Shown here piece after piece: positions 10,994 to 24,719 of a stretch of DNA of 64,000 nucleotides (positions are counted from its first letter, which is position 1; the number at the start of each line of letters is the position of its first letter). A program made the position numbers and the translations under genes. The notes beneath the pieces are model-generated. The model worked only from the letters and a program-made list of their open reading frames with translations. It was not told where the DNA came from and did not search any database. Location: NCBI GenBank assembly GCA_030390025.1, contig JASTWF010000361.1, forward strand, positions 248,001 to 312,000, read 5' to 3'. The stretch comes from Squalus acanthias. Its lineage: Eukaryota.

Positions 10994-11285
10994 AATCACA
11001 GAAGAATCACAGAATCCCCACAGTGCAGATAGAGGCCATTTCGGCCCATCGAGCCTGCACCGACACATATCCCACCCTATCCAAGTAACCCCACATATTT
11101 AATCCCCCTAACACTAAGGGTCAATTTTATCATAGCCAAATCAACCTAACCCGCACATCTTTAGACTGGGGGAGGAAACCGGAGCACCTGGAGTAAACCC
11201 ACGCAGACACGGGGAGAATGTGCAAACTCCACACAGACAGTAACCCGAGGCCGGATTCGAACCTGGGTCCCTGGCGCTGTGAGGC
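10994..11285 (-). mobile_element. HE1-like SINE copy (variant B)
   Basis: Same 292 bp and same junctions; diagnostic ccaagtaacc, gagcacctgg. Confidence 0.88.
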
Positions 11286-14200
11286 CTGGGCTAGTAATAC
11301 AGAGTCCTGGACTAGTAATCCAGAGGCTGGGCTAGTAATCCAGAGGACTGAGCTAGTAATCCAGAGGCCTGGGCTAGTAATCCAGAGGCCTGGGCTAGTA
11401 ATCCAGAGGCCTAGGCTAGTAATCCAGAGGCCTGGCATAGTAATCCAGAGGCCTGGGCTAGTAATCCAGAGGCTGTGCTAGTAATCCAGGGTCTGGGCTA
11501 GTAATCTAGAGGCTGGGCTTGTAATCCAGAAGTTGGCCTTGTAATCCAGAGGCTGGGCAACTAATCCAGAGGCCTGTTGTAGTAATCCAGAGACCTGGGC
11601 TAGTAATCCAGAAGTCTGGGCTAGTAATCCAGAGGCTGAGCTAGTAATCCAGAGGCCTGGAATAGTATTCCAAAGACCTGGGCTAGTAATCCAGAGGCTG
11701 GGCTATTAATCCAGAGGCCTGGACTAGTAATCCAGTGGACTGGGCTAGTAATCCAGAGGCCTGGTCTAGTAATCCAGAGGCCTGGGCTAGTAATCCAGAG
11801 GCCTGGGCTGGTAATCAAGTGGCCTAGCTAGTAATCCAGAGGCCTGGGCTAGTAGTCCAGAGTTCTGGGCTAGTAATGCAGAGGTCTGGGCTGGTAATCC
11901 AGAGGCTGGGCTAGTAATCCAGATGCTGGGCTAGTAATCCAGAGGTCTGGGCTAGTAATCCAGAGGACTGGGGTAGTAATCCAGAGGCTGGACTACTAAT
12001 CCAGAAGCTGGACTAGTAATCCAGAGGCTGGGCTAGTAATCCAGAGGCCTGGGCAACTAATCCAGAGGCCTTGGCTAGTAATCCAGTGTCCTGGGCCAGT
12101 AATCCAGAGGCCTCGGCTAGTCATCCAGTGGCTGGGCTTCTAATCCAGAGGCTGGGCTATTAATCCAGAGGCCTGGACTAGTAATCCAGTGGACTGGGCT
12201 AGTAATCCAGAGGCCTGGTCTAGTAATCCAGAGGCCTGGGCTAGTAATCCAGAGGCCTGGGCTGGTAATCAAGTGGCCTAGCTAGTAATCCAGAGGCCTG
12301 GGCTAGTAGTCCAGAGTTCTGGGCTAGTAATGCAGAGGTCTGGGCTGGTAATCCAGAGGCTGGGCTAGTAATCCAGAGGCTGGGCTAGTAATCCAGAGGC
12401 CTGGGCTAGTAATCCAGAGGCTGGGCTAGTAATTCAGAGGCCTGGCGTGTGGTAGTAATCAGGGGCTGGGCTAGTATTCAAAGACCTGGGCTATAATCAG
12501 AGGCTGGGGTATAATACAGAGGCCTGACTGTAATCCAGTGGCGGGTTGTAATCAGAGGCCTGGGCTAGTAATCCGAGCCTGGGCAGTAATCCAGAGGCCT
12601 GGGCTAGTACAGTGGCCTGGTGGTAATCCGAGGCTGGGCAGTATCCAGAGTTCTGGGCTATAATCAGAGGTCTGGGCTAGTAATCAGAGGCTGGGCTAGT
12701 AATCAGAGCTGGCTAGTAATCCAGGGTTGCGAGTAACCAGATAATGGAGTAATCCAGAACTGGACTTCTAATCAAGGATGGGCTGTAATCCAGAGGCTGG
12801 GCTAGTAATCCAGAGGCTGGGCCTAATCAGAGGCCTGGCTAGTAATCCAGTGTCCTGGGCCAGTAATCCAGAGGCCTCGGCTAGTCATCCAGTGGCTGGG
12901 CTTGTAATCCAGAGGCTGGGCTATTAATCCAGAGGCCTGGACTAGTAATCCAGTGGACTGGGCTAGTAATCCAGAGGCCTGGTCTAGTAATCCAGAGGCC
13001 TGGGCTAGTAATCCAGAGGCCTGGGCTGGTAATCAAGTGGCCTAGCTAGTAATCCAGAGGCCTGGGCTAGTAGTCCAGAGTTCTGGGCTAGTAATGCAGA
13101 GGTCTGGGCTGGTAATCCAGAGGCTGGGCTAGTAATCCAGATGCTGGGCTAGTAATCCAGAGGTCTGGGCTAGTAATCCAGAGGACTGGGGTAGTAATCC
13201 AGAGGCTGGACTACTAATCCAGAAGCTGGACTAGTAATCCAGAGGCTGGGCTAGTAATCCAGAGGCCTGGGCAACTAATCCAGAGGCCTTGGCTAGTAAT
13301 CCAGTGTCCTGGGCCAGTAATCCAGAGGCCTCGGCTAGTCATCCAGTGGCTGGGCTTGTAATCCAGAGGCTGGGCTAGTATCCCAGAGGCCTGGACTAGT
13401 ATTCCAAAGGCCTGGGCTAGTAATCCAGAGGATGGGCTATTAATCCAGAGGCCTGGACTATTAATCCAGTGGACTGGGCTAGTAATCCACAGGCCTGGTC
13501 TAGTAATCCAGAGGCCTGGGCTAGTATTCCAGTGGCCTGCCTAGTAATCCAGAGGCCTGGGCTAGTAATCCAGAGGCTGGGCTAGTAATCCAGAGCTCTG
13601 GGCTAGTAAAGCAGAGGTCTGAGCTGGTAATCCAGAGGCTGGGCTAGTAATCCAGAAGCTGGGCTAGTAATCCAGCGTTCTGGGCTAGTAATCCAGCAGA
13701 CTGGGGTAGTAATCCAGAGGCTGGGCTAGTAATCAAGAGGCTGAGCTAGTAATCCAGTGGCTGGGTTGGTAATCCAGAAGTCTGGGCTAGTAATCCAGAG
13801 GCCTGGGCTAGTAATTCAGAGGCTGGGCTAGTAATCCACAGGGCTGGGCTAGTAATTCAGATGCTGGGCTAGTAATCCAGACGCCTGGGCTAGTAATCCG
13901 GTGGCCTTGGCTGGTAATCCAGAGGCCTGGGCTAGTAATCCAGAGGCCTGGGCTAGTAATCCTGAGTCTGGGTTGAAAATCCAAAGTCTGGGCTAGTAAT
14001 CCAGAGGCCTGGACTAGTAATCCAGAGGCTGGGCTAGTAATCCAGAGGCTGGGCTAGTAATCCAGAGGCTGGGCTAGTAATCCCGCGTCCTGGGCTAGTA
14101 ATCCAGAGGCCTGGGCTAGTAATCCAGAGGCTGGACTAGTAATCCAGAGGTCTGGTTTAGTAATCCAGAGGCCTGGAATAGTAATCCAGAGGCCAGTATT

Positions 14201-15830
14201 AGTAATCCAGAGCCCTGGGCTTGTAATCCAGAGGCCTGGGCTAGTAAACCAGAGGCCTGGTCTACTAATCCAGAGGCTGGACAAGCAATCCAGAGCCTGG
14301 ACTAGTGAACCAGAGGCTTGACTAATACACCAGAGGCCTGGGCTAGTAATCCATAGGCTGAGCTAGTAATCCATAGGCCTGGCCTAGTAATCCAATGGCC
14401 TGGCCTAGTAATCCAGAGGCCTGGCCTAGTAATCCAGAGGCCTGGACTAGTAATCCAATGGCCTGGACTAGTAATCCAGAGGCTGGGCTAGAAATCCAGC
14501 GGCCTGGGCTAGTAATCCCGAGGCTGGGCTAGTAATACAGAGGCTGGACTATTAATCCAGGGGCCTGGGCTTGTAATCCAGAGGCTGGAATAGTAATACA
14601 GAGGCTGGGCTAGTAATCCAGAGGCTGGGCTAGTAACCAGAGGCCTGGGCTAGTAAACTGCAGTCTGGACTAGTTATCCAGAGGCTGGGCTAGTAATGCA
14701 GAGGCTGGGCTAGTAATCCAGAGGCCTAGATTAGTAATCCAGAGGCTGGGCTAGTAATCCAGAGGCATGGACTAGTAATCCAAAGGCTGGGCTATTAATC
14801 CAGAGGCCTGGCTAGTAATCCAGAGGCCTGGACTAGTAATCCAGAGGCTGCGCTTGTAATCCAGAGGTTGGGCTAGTAATCCAGATGCTGGGTTGGTAAT
14901 TCAGACGTCTGGGCTAGTAATCCAGAGGCTGGGCCACTAATCCAGTGGCTGGGCTAGTAATTCAGAGGCTGGGCTAGTAATCCAGAGGTCTGGGCTAGTA
15001 ATCCAGAGGCCTGGGCTAGTAATCCGGACGCTGAGCTCGTAATCCAGAGGCCTGGGCTGGTAATCCTAAATCTGAGCTAGTAATCCAGAGGCCTGGACTA
15101 GTAATCCAGTGGCCTGGACTTGTAATCCAGAGGTTGAGCTCGTAATCCAGAGGCCTGGGCGAGTATTCCCGAGGCGGGACTAGTAATCCAGAGGCTGTGT
15201 TAGTAATCCAGAGGCTGGACTAGTAATCCAGAAACATGGACTAGTACTCTAGAGACCTAGGCTAGTAATCCAGAGGCTGGATAGTAATCCAGAGGAATGG
15301 ACTAGTAATCTAGAGTCCTTGGCTAGTAATCCAGAGGCCTGGACTAGTAATCCAGAAACCTGGACTAGTAATCCAGAGGCCTGGTCTAGTAAGACAGAGG
15401 CTGGGCTAGTAATCCAAAGGCTGGACTAGTAATCCAGAGGCCTGGGCTAGTAATCCAGAGACCTGGTCTAGTAATCCAGTAGCTGGACTAGTAATCCAGT
15501 GGCCTGTGCTAGTAATCTAGAGGCCTGGGCTAGTAAACCAGAGGCTGAACTAGTAATCCAGAGGCTGGACTAGTAATCCAGAGGCTGGACTAATAATCCA
15601 GAGGCCTGGGCTTGTAATCGAGAGGCTGGACTAGTAATCCAGTGGCCTGGGCTCGTAATCCAGAGGCCTGGGCTAGTAATCCAGAGGCTGGACTAATAAT
15701 CCAGTGGCCTGGGCTCGTAATCCAGAGGCCTGAGCTACTAATCCCGAGGCCTGGGCTAGTAATCCAGTGGCCTGGGCTCGTAATCCAGAGACTGGGCAAG
15801 TAATCCAGAGGCTGGGCTCGTAATCCAGAG

Positions 15831-16122
15831 AATCACAGAAGAATCACAGAATCCCCACAGTGCAGATAGAGGCCATTTCGGCCCATCGAGCCTGCACCGA
15901 CACATATCCCACCCTATCCCCGTAACCCCACGTATTTAATCCCCCTAACACTAAGGGTCAATTTTATCATAGCCAAATCAACCTAACCCGCACATCTTTA
16001 GACTGGGGAAGGAACCCGGAGCACCCGGAGTAAACCCACGCAAACACGAGGAGAATGTGCAAACTCCACACAGACTGTAACCCGAGGCCGGATTCGAACC
16101 TGGGTCCCTGGCGCTGTGAGGC
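15831..16122 (-). mobile_element. HE1-like SINE copy (variant C)
   Basis: Same junctions; diagnostic gaaggaaccc, gcaaacacgag. Confidence 0.88.
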
Positions 16123-17663
16123 CTGGGCTAGTAATGCAGAGTCCTGGACTAGTAATCCAGAGGCCTGGGTTAGTAATCCAGTGGCTGGGCTAGTAATCCA
16201 GAGGGCTGGGCTAGTAATTCAGATGCTGGGCTAGTAATCCAGATGCCTGGGCTAGTAATCCGGTGGCCTTGGCTGGTAATCCAGATGCCTCGGCTAGAAA
16301 TCCAGAGGCTGGGCTAGTAATCCAGAGGGCTGGGCTAGTAATCCAGAGGCCTGGACTAGTAATCCACAGGCCTCAGCGAGTAAACAAGAATATTTTCCAT
16401 TAATTTAGAATCCTGGGATAGTGAAACAGTAATCCGGTGGCCTTGGCTGGTAATCCAGAAGCCTCGGCTAGAAATCCAGAGGCTGGGCTAGTAATCCAGA
16501 GGGCTGGGCTAGTAATCCAGAGGCCTGGGCTATTAATCCAGAGGTCTGGGCTAGTAATCCAGAGGCCTGGGCTAGTAATCCAGAAGTCTGGGCTAGTAAT
16601 CCAGAGGCTGGGCTAGTAATCCAGAGGGCTGGGCTAGTAATCCAGAGGCCTGGACTAGTAATCCACAGGCCTCAGCGAGTAAACAAGAATATTTTCCATT
16701 AATTTAGAATCCTGGGATAGTGAAACAGTAATCCGGTGGCCTTGGCTGGTAATCCAGAAGCCTCGGCTAGAAATCCAGAGGCTGGGCTAGTAATCCAGAG
16801 GGCTGGGTTAGTAATCCAGAGGCCTGGGCTATTAATCCAGAGGTCTGGGCTAGTAATCCAGAGGCCTGGGCTAGTAATCCAGAGGCCTGGACTAGTAATC
16901 CAGAGGCTGCGCTTGTAATCCAGAGGTTGGGCTAGTAATCCAGATGCTGGGTTGGTAATTCAGACGTCTGGGCTAGTAATCCAGAGGCTGGGCCACTAAT
17001 CCAGTGGCTGGGCTAGTAATTCAGAGGCTGGGCTAGTAATCCAGAGGTCTGGGCTAGTAATCCAGAGGCCTGGGCTAGTAATCCGGACGCTGAGCTCGTA
17101 ATCCAGAGGCCTGGGCTGGTAATCCTAAATCTGAGCTAGTAATCCAGAGGCCTGGGCGAGTATTCCCGAGGCGGGACTAGTAATCCAGAGGCTGTGTTAG
17201 TAATCCAGATGCTGGACTAGTAATCCAGAAACATGGACTAGTAATCTAGAGACCTAGGCTAGTAATCCAGAGGCTGGATAGTAATCCTGAGGAATGGACT
17301 AGTAATCTAGAGTCCTTGGCTAGTAATCCAGAGGCCTGGACTAGTAATCCAGAAACCTGGACTAGTAATCCAGAGGCCTGGTCTAGTAAGACAGAGGCTG
17401 GGCTAGTAATCCAAAGGCTGGACTAGTAATCCAGAGGCCTGGGCTAGTAATCCAGAGGCTGGACTAGTAATCCAGTGGCCTGGGCTCGTAATCCAGCGGC
17501 CTGGGCTAGTAATCCAGAGGCTGGACTAATAATCCAGTGGCCTGGGCTCGTAATCCAGAGGCCTGAGCTACTAATCCCGAGGCCTGGGCTAGTAATCCAG
17601 TGGCCTGGGCTCGTAATCCAGAGACTGGGCAAGTAATCCAGAGGCTGGGCTCGTAATCCAGAG

Positions 17664-17955
17664 AATCACAGAAGAATCACAGAATCCCCACAGTGCAGAT
17701 AGAGGCCATTTCGGCCCATCGAGCCTGCACCGACACATATCCCACCCTATCCCCGTAACCCCACGTATTTAATCCCCCTAACACTAAGGGTCAATTTTAT
17801 CATAGCCAAATCAACCTAACCCGCACATCTTTAGACTGGGGAAGGAACCCGGAGCACCCGGAGTAAACCCACGCAAACACGAGGAGAATGTGCAAACTCC
17901 ACACAGACAGTAACCCGAGGCCGGATTCGAACCTGGGTCCCTGGCGCTGTGAGGC
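17664..17955 (-). mobile_element. HE1-like SINE copy (variant C)
   Basis: Same junctions and variant C diagnostics. Confidence 0.88.
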
Positions 17956-20894
17956 CTGGGCTAGTAATGCAGAGTCCTGGACTAGTAATCCAGAGGCCTG
18001 GGTTAGTAATCCAGTGGCTGGGCTAGTAATCCAGAGGGCTGGGCTAGTAATTCAGATGCTGGGCTAGTAATCCAGATGCCTGGGCTAGTAATCCGGTGGC
18101 CTTGGCTGGTAATCCAGATGCCTCGGCTAGAAATCCAGAGTCTGGGCTAGTAATCCAGAGGGCTGGGCTAGTAATCCAGAGGCCTGGACTAGTAATCCAC
18201 AGGCCTCAGCGAGTAAACAAGAATATTTTCCATTAATTTAGAATCCTGGGATAGTGAAACAGTAATCCGGTGGCCTTGGCTGGTAATCCAGAAGCCTTGG
18301 CTAGAAATCCAGAGGCTGGGCTAGTAATCCAGAGGGCTGGGCTAGTAATCCAGAGGCCTGGGCTATTAATCCAGAGGTCTGGGCTAGTAATCCAGAGGCC
18401 TGGGCTAGTAATCCAGAAGTCTGGGCTAGTAATCCAGAGGCTGGGCTAGTAATCCAGAGGGCTGGGCTAGTAATCCAGAGGCCTGGACTAGTAATCCACA
18501 GGCCTCAGCGAGTAAACAAGAATATTTTCCATTAATTTAGAATCCTGGGATAGTGAAACAGTAATCCGGTGGCCTTGGCTGGTAATCCAGAAGCCTTGGC
18601 TAGAAATCCAGAGGCTGGGCTAGTAATCCAGAGGGCTGGGCTAGTAATCCAGAGGCCTGGGCTATTAATCCAGAGGTCTGGGCTAGTAATCCAGAGGCCT
18701 GGGCTATTAATCCAGAGGTCTGGGCTAGTAATCCAGAGGCCTGGGCTAGTAATCCAGAAGTCTGGGCTAGTAATCCAGAGGCCTGGGCTAGTAATCCAGA
18801 GGTCTGGGTTTGTAATCCAGAGGTCTGGGCTGGTAATCCAGTGGCTGGGCTAGTAATCCAGAGGCCTGGGCTAATAATCCAGAGGCCTGGGCTAGTAATC
18901 CAGAGGCCTGTGCTAGTAATCCAGAGGCCTGGGATAGTAATCCAGAAGTCTGTGCTAGTAATCCAGAGGCTGAGCTAGTAATCCGGAGGCTGGACTAGTA
19001 ATCCAGAGGCCTGGGCTAGTAATCCAGAGGCCTGGGCTAGTAATCCTGAGTCTGGGTTGAAAATCCAAAGTCTGGGCTAGTAATCCAGAGGCCTGGACTA
19101 GTAATCCAGAGGCTGGGCTAGTAATCCAGAGGCTGGGCTAGTAATCCCGCGTCCTGGGCTAGTAATCCAGAGGCCTGGGCTAGTAATCCAGAGGCTGGAC
19201 TAGTAATCCAGAGGTCTGGTTTAGTAATCCAGAGGCCTGGAATAGTAATCCAGAGGCCAGTATTAGTAATCCAGAGCCCTGGGCTTGTAATCCAGAGGCC
19301 TGGGCTAGTAAACCAGAGGCCTGGTCTACTAATCCAGAGGCTGGACGAGCAATCCAGAGCCTGGACTAGTGAACCAGAGGCTTGACTAATACACCAGAGG
19401 CCTGGGCTAGTAATCCATAGGTTGAGCTAGTAATCCAGAGGCCTGGCCTAGTAATCCAATGGCCTGGCCTAGTAATCCAGAGGCCTGGCCTAGTAATCCA
19501 GAGGCCTGGACTAGTAATCCAATGGCCTGGACTAGTAATCCAGAGGCTGGGCTAGAAATCCAGCGGCCTGGGCTAGTAATCCAGAGGCTGGGCTAGTAAT
19601 ACAGAGGCTGGACTATTAATCCAGGGGCCTGGGCTTGTAATCCAGAGGCTGGAATAGTAATACAGAGGCTAGGCTAGTAATCCAGAGGCTGGGCTAGTAA
19701 CCAGAGGCCTGGGCTAGTAAACTGCAGTCTGGACTAGTTATCCAGAGGCTGGGCTAGTAATGCAGAGGCTGGGCTAGTAATCCAGTGGCCTAGACTAGTA
19801 ATCCAGAGGCTGGGCTAGTAATCCAGAGGCATGGACTAGTAATCCAAAGGCTGGGCTATTAATCCAGAGGCCTGGCTAGTAATCCAGAGGCCTGGACTAG
19901 TAATCCAGAGGCTGCGCTTGTAATCCAGAGGTTGGGCTAGTAATCCAGATGCTGGGTTGGTAATTCAGATGTCTGGGCTAGTAATCCAGAGGCTGGGCCA
20001 CTAATCCAGTGGCTGGGCTAGTAATTCAGAGGCTGGGCTAGTAATCCAGAGGTCTGGGCTAGTAATCCAGAGGCCTGGGCTAGTAATCCGGACGCTGAGC
20101 TCGTAATCCAGAGGCCTGGGCTGGTAATCCTAAATCTGAGCTAGTAATCCAGAGGCCTGGACTAGTAATCCAGTGGCCTGGACTTGTAATCCAGAGGTTG
20201 AGCTAGTAATCCAGAGGCCTGGGCGAGTATTCCCGAGGCGGGACTAGTAATCCAGAGGCTGTGTTAGTAATCCAGATGCTGGACTAGTAATCCAGAAACA
20301 TGGACTAGTAATCTAGAGACCTAGGCTAGTAATCCAGAGGCTGGATAGTAATCCAGAGGAATGGACTAGTAATCTAGAGTCCTTGGCTAGTAATCCAGAG
20401 GCCTGGACTAGTAATCCAGAAACCTGGACTAGTAATCCAGAGGCCTGGTCTAGTAAGACAGAGGCTGGGCTAGTAATCCAAAGGCTGGACTAGTAATCCA
20501 GAGGCCTGGGCTAGTAATCCAGAGACCTGGTCTAGTAATCCAGTGGCTGGACTAGTAATCCAGTGGCCTGTGCTAGTAAGCTAGAGGCCTGGGCTAGTAA
20601 ACCAGAGGCTGAACTAGTAATCCAGAGGCTGGACTAGTAATCCAGAGGCTGGACTAATAATCCAGAGGCCTGGGCTTGTAATCGAGAGGCTGGACTAGTA
20701 ATCCAGTGGCCTGGGCTCGTAATCCAGCGGCCTGGGCTAGTAATCCAGAGGCTGGACTAATAATCCAGTGGCCTGGGCTCGTAATCCAGAGGCCTGAGCT
20801 ACTAATCCCGAGGCCTGGGCTAGTAATCCAGTGGCCTGGGCTCGTAATCCAGAGACTGGGCAAGTAATCCAGAGGCTGGGCTCGTAATCCAGAG

Positions 20895-21186
20895 AATCAC
20901 AGAAGAATCACAGAATCCCCACAGTGCAGATAGAGGCCATTTCGGCCCATCGAGCCTGCACCGACACATATCCCACCCTATCCCCGTAACCCCACGTATT
21001 TAATCCCCGTAACACTAAGGGTCAATTTTATCATAGCCAAATCAACCTAACCCGCACATCTTTAGACTGGGGAAGGAACCCGGAGCACCCGGAGTAAACC
21101 CACGCAAACACGAGGAGAATGTGCAAACTCCACACAGACAGTAACCCGAGGCCGGATTCGAACCTGGGTCCCTGGCGCTGTGAGGC
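20895..21186 (-). mobile_element. HE1-like SINE copy (variant C)
   Basis: Same junctions and variant C diagnostics. Confidence 0.88.
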
Positions 21187-24100
21187 CTGGGCTAGTAATG
21201 CAGAGTCCTGGACTAGTAATCCAGAGGCCTGGGCTAGTAATCCAGTGGCTGGGCTAGTAATTCAGAGGCCTGGGCTAGTAATCCAGAGGCCTGGGCTAGT
21301 AATCCAGAGGCCTGGGCTAGTAATCCAGAGGCCTAGGCTAGTAATCCAGAGGCCTGGGCTAGTAATCCAGAGGCCTAGGCTAGTAATCCAGAGTCTGGGC
21401 TTGTAATACAGAGGCTGGGCTTGTAATCCAGAAGTCTGGGCTAGTAATCCAGAAATCTGGGCTAGTAATCCAGAGGCTGAGCTAGTAATCCAGAGGCTGG
21501 GATTGTAATCCAGAGGCTGGGCTAGTAATCCAGAGGCTGGGCTTGTAATCCAAAGGCTGGGCTAGTAATCAAGAGGCCTGTTCTAGTAATCCAGAGACCT
21601 GGGCTAGTAATTCATAGGCCTGGGCTAGTAATCCAGAGGCCTGGGCTAGTAATACAGATGCCTGGACTAGTAATCCAGAAGCTGGGATAGTAATCCACAG
21701 TCCTGGACTACTAATCCAGAAACTGGACTAGTAATCCAGAGGCCTGGGCCAGTAATCCAGAGTCCTGGGCTAGTAATCCAGAGGACTGGGCTACTAATCC
21801 AGAGGCCTTGGCTAGTAATCCAGTGTCCTGGGCCAGTAATCCAGAGGCCTCGGCTAGTCATCCAGTGGCTGGGCTTGTAATCCAGAGGCCTGGACTAGTA
21901 TTCCAAAGGCCTGGGCTAGTACTCCAGAGGCTGGGCTATTAATCCAGAGGCCTGGACTTGTAATCCAGAGGCTGGGCTAGTAATCCAGAGGTCTGGGCTA
22001 GTAATCCAGCGGACTGGGGTAGTAATCCAGAGACTGGGGTAGTAATCCAGAGGCTGGGCTAGTAATCCAGTGGCTGGGCTTGTAATCCAGAGGCTGGGCT
22101 AGTAATCCAGAGACCTGGGCTACTAATCCAGAGGCCTGGGATGGTCATCCAGAGTCCTGGGCTAGTACTCCAGAGGCCTCGGCTAGACATCCAGAGGCTG
22201 GGCTAGTAATCCAGAGGCTGGGCTAGTAATCCAGAGGCCTGGACTAGTAATCCAGAGGCCTGGGCTAGTAATCCAGAGGCCTGGGCTAGTTATCCAGAGC
22301 TCTGGGCTAGTAATGTAGAGCTCTGGGCTGGTAATACAGAGGCTGGGCTAGTAATCCAGATACCTGGGCTAGTAATCCAGAGGACTGGGGTAGTAAAACA
22401 GAGGCTGGGCTAGTAATCCAGAGGCTGGGTTGGTAATCCAGATGTCTGGGCTAGTAATCTAGAGGCTGGGCTAGTAATCCAGAGGCCTGGGCTAGTAATC
22501 CAGAGGCTGGGCTAGTAATTCAGAGGCCTGGGCTAGTAATCCAGAGGCCTAGTAGTAATCCAGAGGCCTGGGCTAGTAATCCAGAGGCCTGGGCTAGTAC
22601 TCCAGAGGCTGTGCTAGAAATCCAGAGGCTGGGCTTGTAATCCAAAGACTGGGCTAGTAATCAAGAGGCCTGTTCTAGTAATCCATAGACCTGGGCTAGT
22701 AATCCAGAAGTCTGTGCTAGTAATCCAGAGGCTGAGCTAGTAATCCGGAGGCTGGACTAGTAATCCAGAGGCCTGGGCTAGTAATCCTGAGTCTGGGTTG
22801 AAAATCCAAAGTCTGGGCTAGTAATCCAGAGGCCTGGACTAGTAATCCAGAGGCTGGGCTAGTAATCCAGAGGCTGGGCTAGTAATCCAGAGGCTGGGCT
22901 AGTAATCCCGCGTCCTGGGCTAGTAATCCAGAGGCCTGGGCTAGTAATCCAGAGGCTGGACTAGTAATCCAGAGGTCTGGTTTAGTAATCCAGAGGCCTG
23001 GAATAGTAATCCAGAGGCCAGTATTAGTAATCCAGAGCCCTGGGCTTGTAATCCAGAGGCCTGGGCTAGTAAACCAGAGGCCTGGTCTACTAATCCAGAG
23101 GCTGGACGAGCAATCCAGAGCCTGGACTAGTGAACCAGAGGCTTGACTAATACACCAGAGGCCTGGGCTAGTAATCCATAGGCTGAGCTAGTAATCCAGA
23201 GGCCTGGCCTAGTAATCCAATGGCCTGGCCTAGTAATCCAGAGGCCTGGCCTAGTAATCCAGAGGCCTGGACTAATAATCCAATGGCCTGGACTAGTAAT
23301 CCAGAGGCTGGGCTAGAAATCCAGCGGCCTGGGCTAGTAATCCAGAGGCTGGGCTAGTAATACAGAGGCTGGACTATTAATCCAGGGGCCTGGGCTTGTA
23401 ATCCAGAGGCTGGAATAGTAATACAGAGGCTGGGCTAGTAATCCAGAGGCTGGGCTAGTAACCAGAGGCCTGGGCTAGTAAACTGCAGTCTGGACTAGTT
23501 ATCCAGAGGCTGGGCTAGTAATCCAGAGGCATGGACTAGTAATCCAAAGGCTGGGCTATTAATCCAGAGGCCTGGCTAGTAATCCAGAGGCCTGGACTAG
23601 TAATCCAGAGGCTGCGCTTGTAATCCAGAGGTTGGGCTAGTAATCCAGATGCTGGGTTGGTAATTCAGACGTCTGGGTTAGTAATCCAGAGGCTGGGCCA
23701 CTAATCCAGTGGCTGGGCTAGTAATTCAGAGGCTGGGCTAGTAATCCAGAGGTCTGGGCTAGTAATCCAGAGGCCTGGGCTAGTAATCCGGACGCTGAGC
23801 TCGTAATCCAGAGGCCTGGGCTGGTAATCCTAAATCTGAGCTAGTAATCCAGAGGCCTGGACTAGTAATCCAGTGGCCTGGACTTGTAATCCAGAGGTTG
23901 AGCTAGTAATCCAGAGGCCTGGGCGAGTATTCCCGAGGCGGGACTAGTAATCCAGAGGCTGTGTTAGTAATCCAGATGCTGGACTAGTAATCCAAGGCCT
24001 GGTCTAGTAAGACCGAGGCTGGGCTAGTAATCCAAAGGCTGGACTAGTAATCCAGAGACCTGGTCTAGTAATCCAGTGGCTGGACTAGTAATCCAGTGGC

Positions 24101-24427
24101 CTGTGCTAGTAAGCTAGAGGCCTGGGCTAGTAAACCAGAGGCTGAACTAGTAATCCAGAGGCTGGACTAGTAATCCAGAGGCTGGACTAATAATCCAGAG
24201 GCCTGGGCTTGTAATCGAGAGGCTGGACTAGTAATCCAGTGGCCTGGGCTCGTAATCCAGCGGCCTGGGCTAGTAATCCAGAGGCTGGACTAATAATCCA
24301 GTGGCCTGGGCTCGTAATCCAGAGGCCTGAGCTACTAATCCCGAGGCCTGGGCTAGTAATCCAGTGGCCTGGGCTCGTAATCCAGAGACTGGGCAAGTAA
24401 TCCAGAGGCTGGGCTCGTAATCCAGAG

Positions 24428-24719
24428 AATCACAGAAGAATCACAGAATCCCCACAGTGCAGATAGAGGCCATTTCGGCCCATCGAGCCTGCACCGACAC
24501 ATATCCCACCCTATCCCCGTAACCCCACGTATTTAATCCCCCTAACACTAAGGGTCAATTTTATCATAGCCAAATCAACCTAACCCGCACATCTTTAGAC
24601 TGGGGAAGGAACCCGGAGCACCCGGAGTAAACCCACGCAAACACGAGGAGAATGTGCAAACTCCACACAGACAGTAACCCGAGGCCGGATTCGAACCTGG
24701 GTCCCTGGCGCTGTGAGGC
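24428..24719 (-). mobile_element. HE1-like SINE copy (variant C)
   Basis: Same junctions and variant C diagnostics. Confidence 0.88.
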
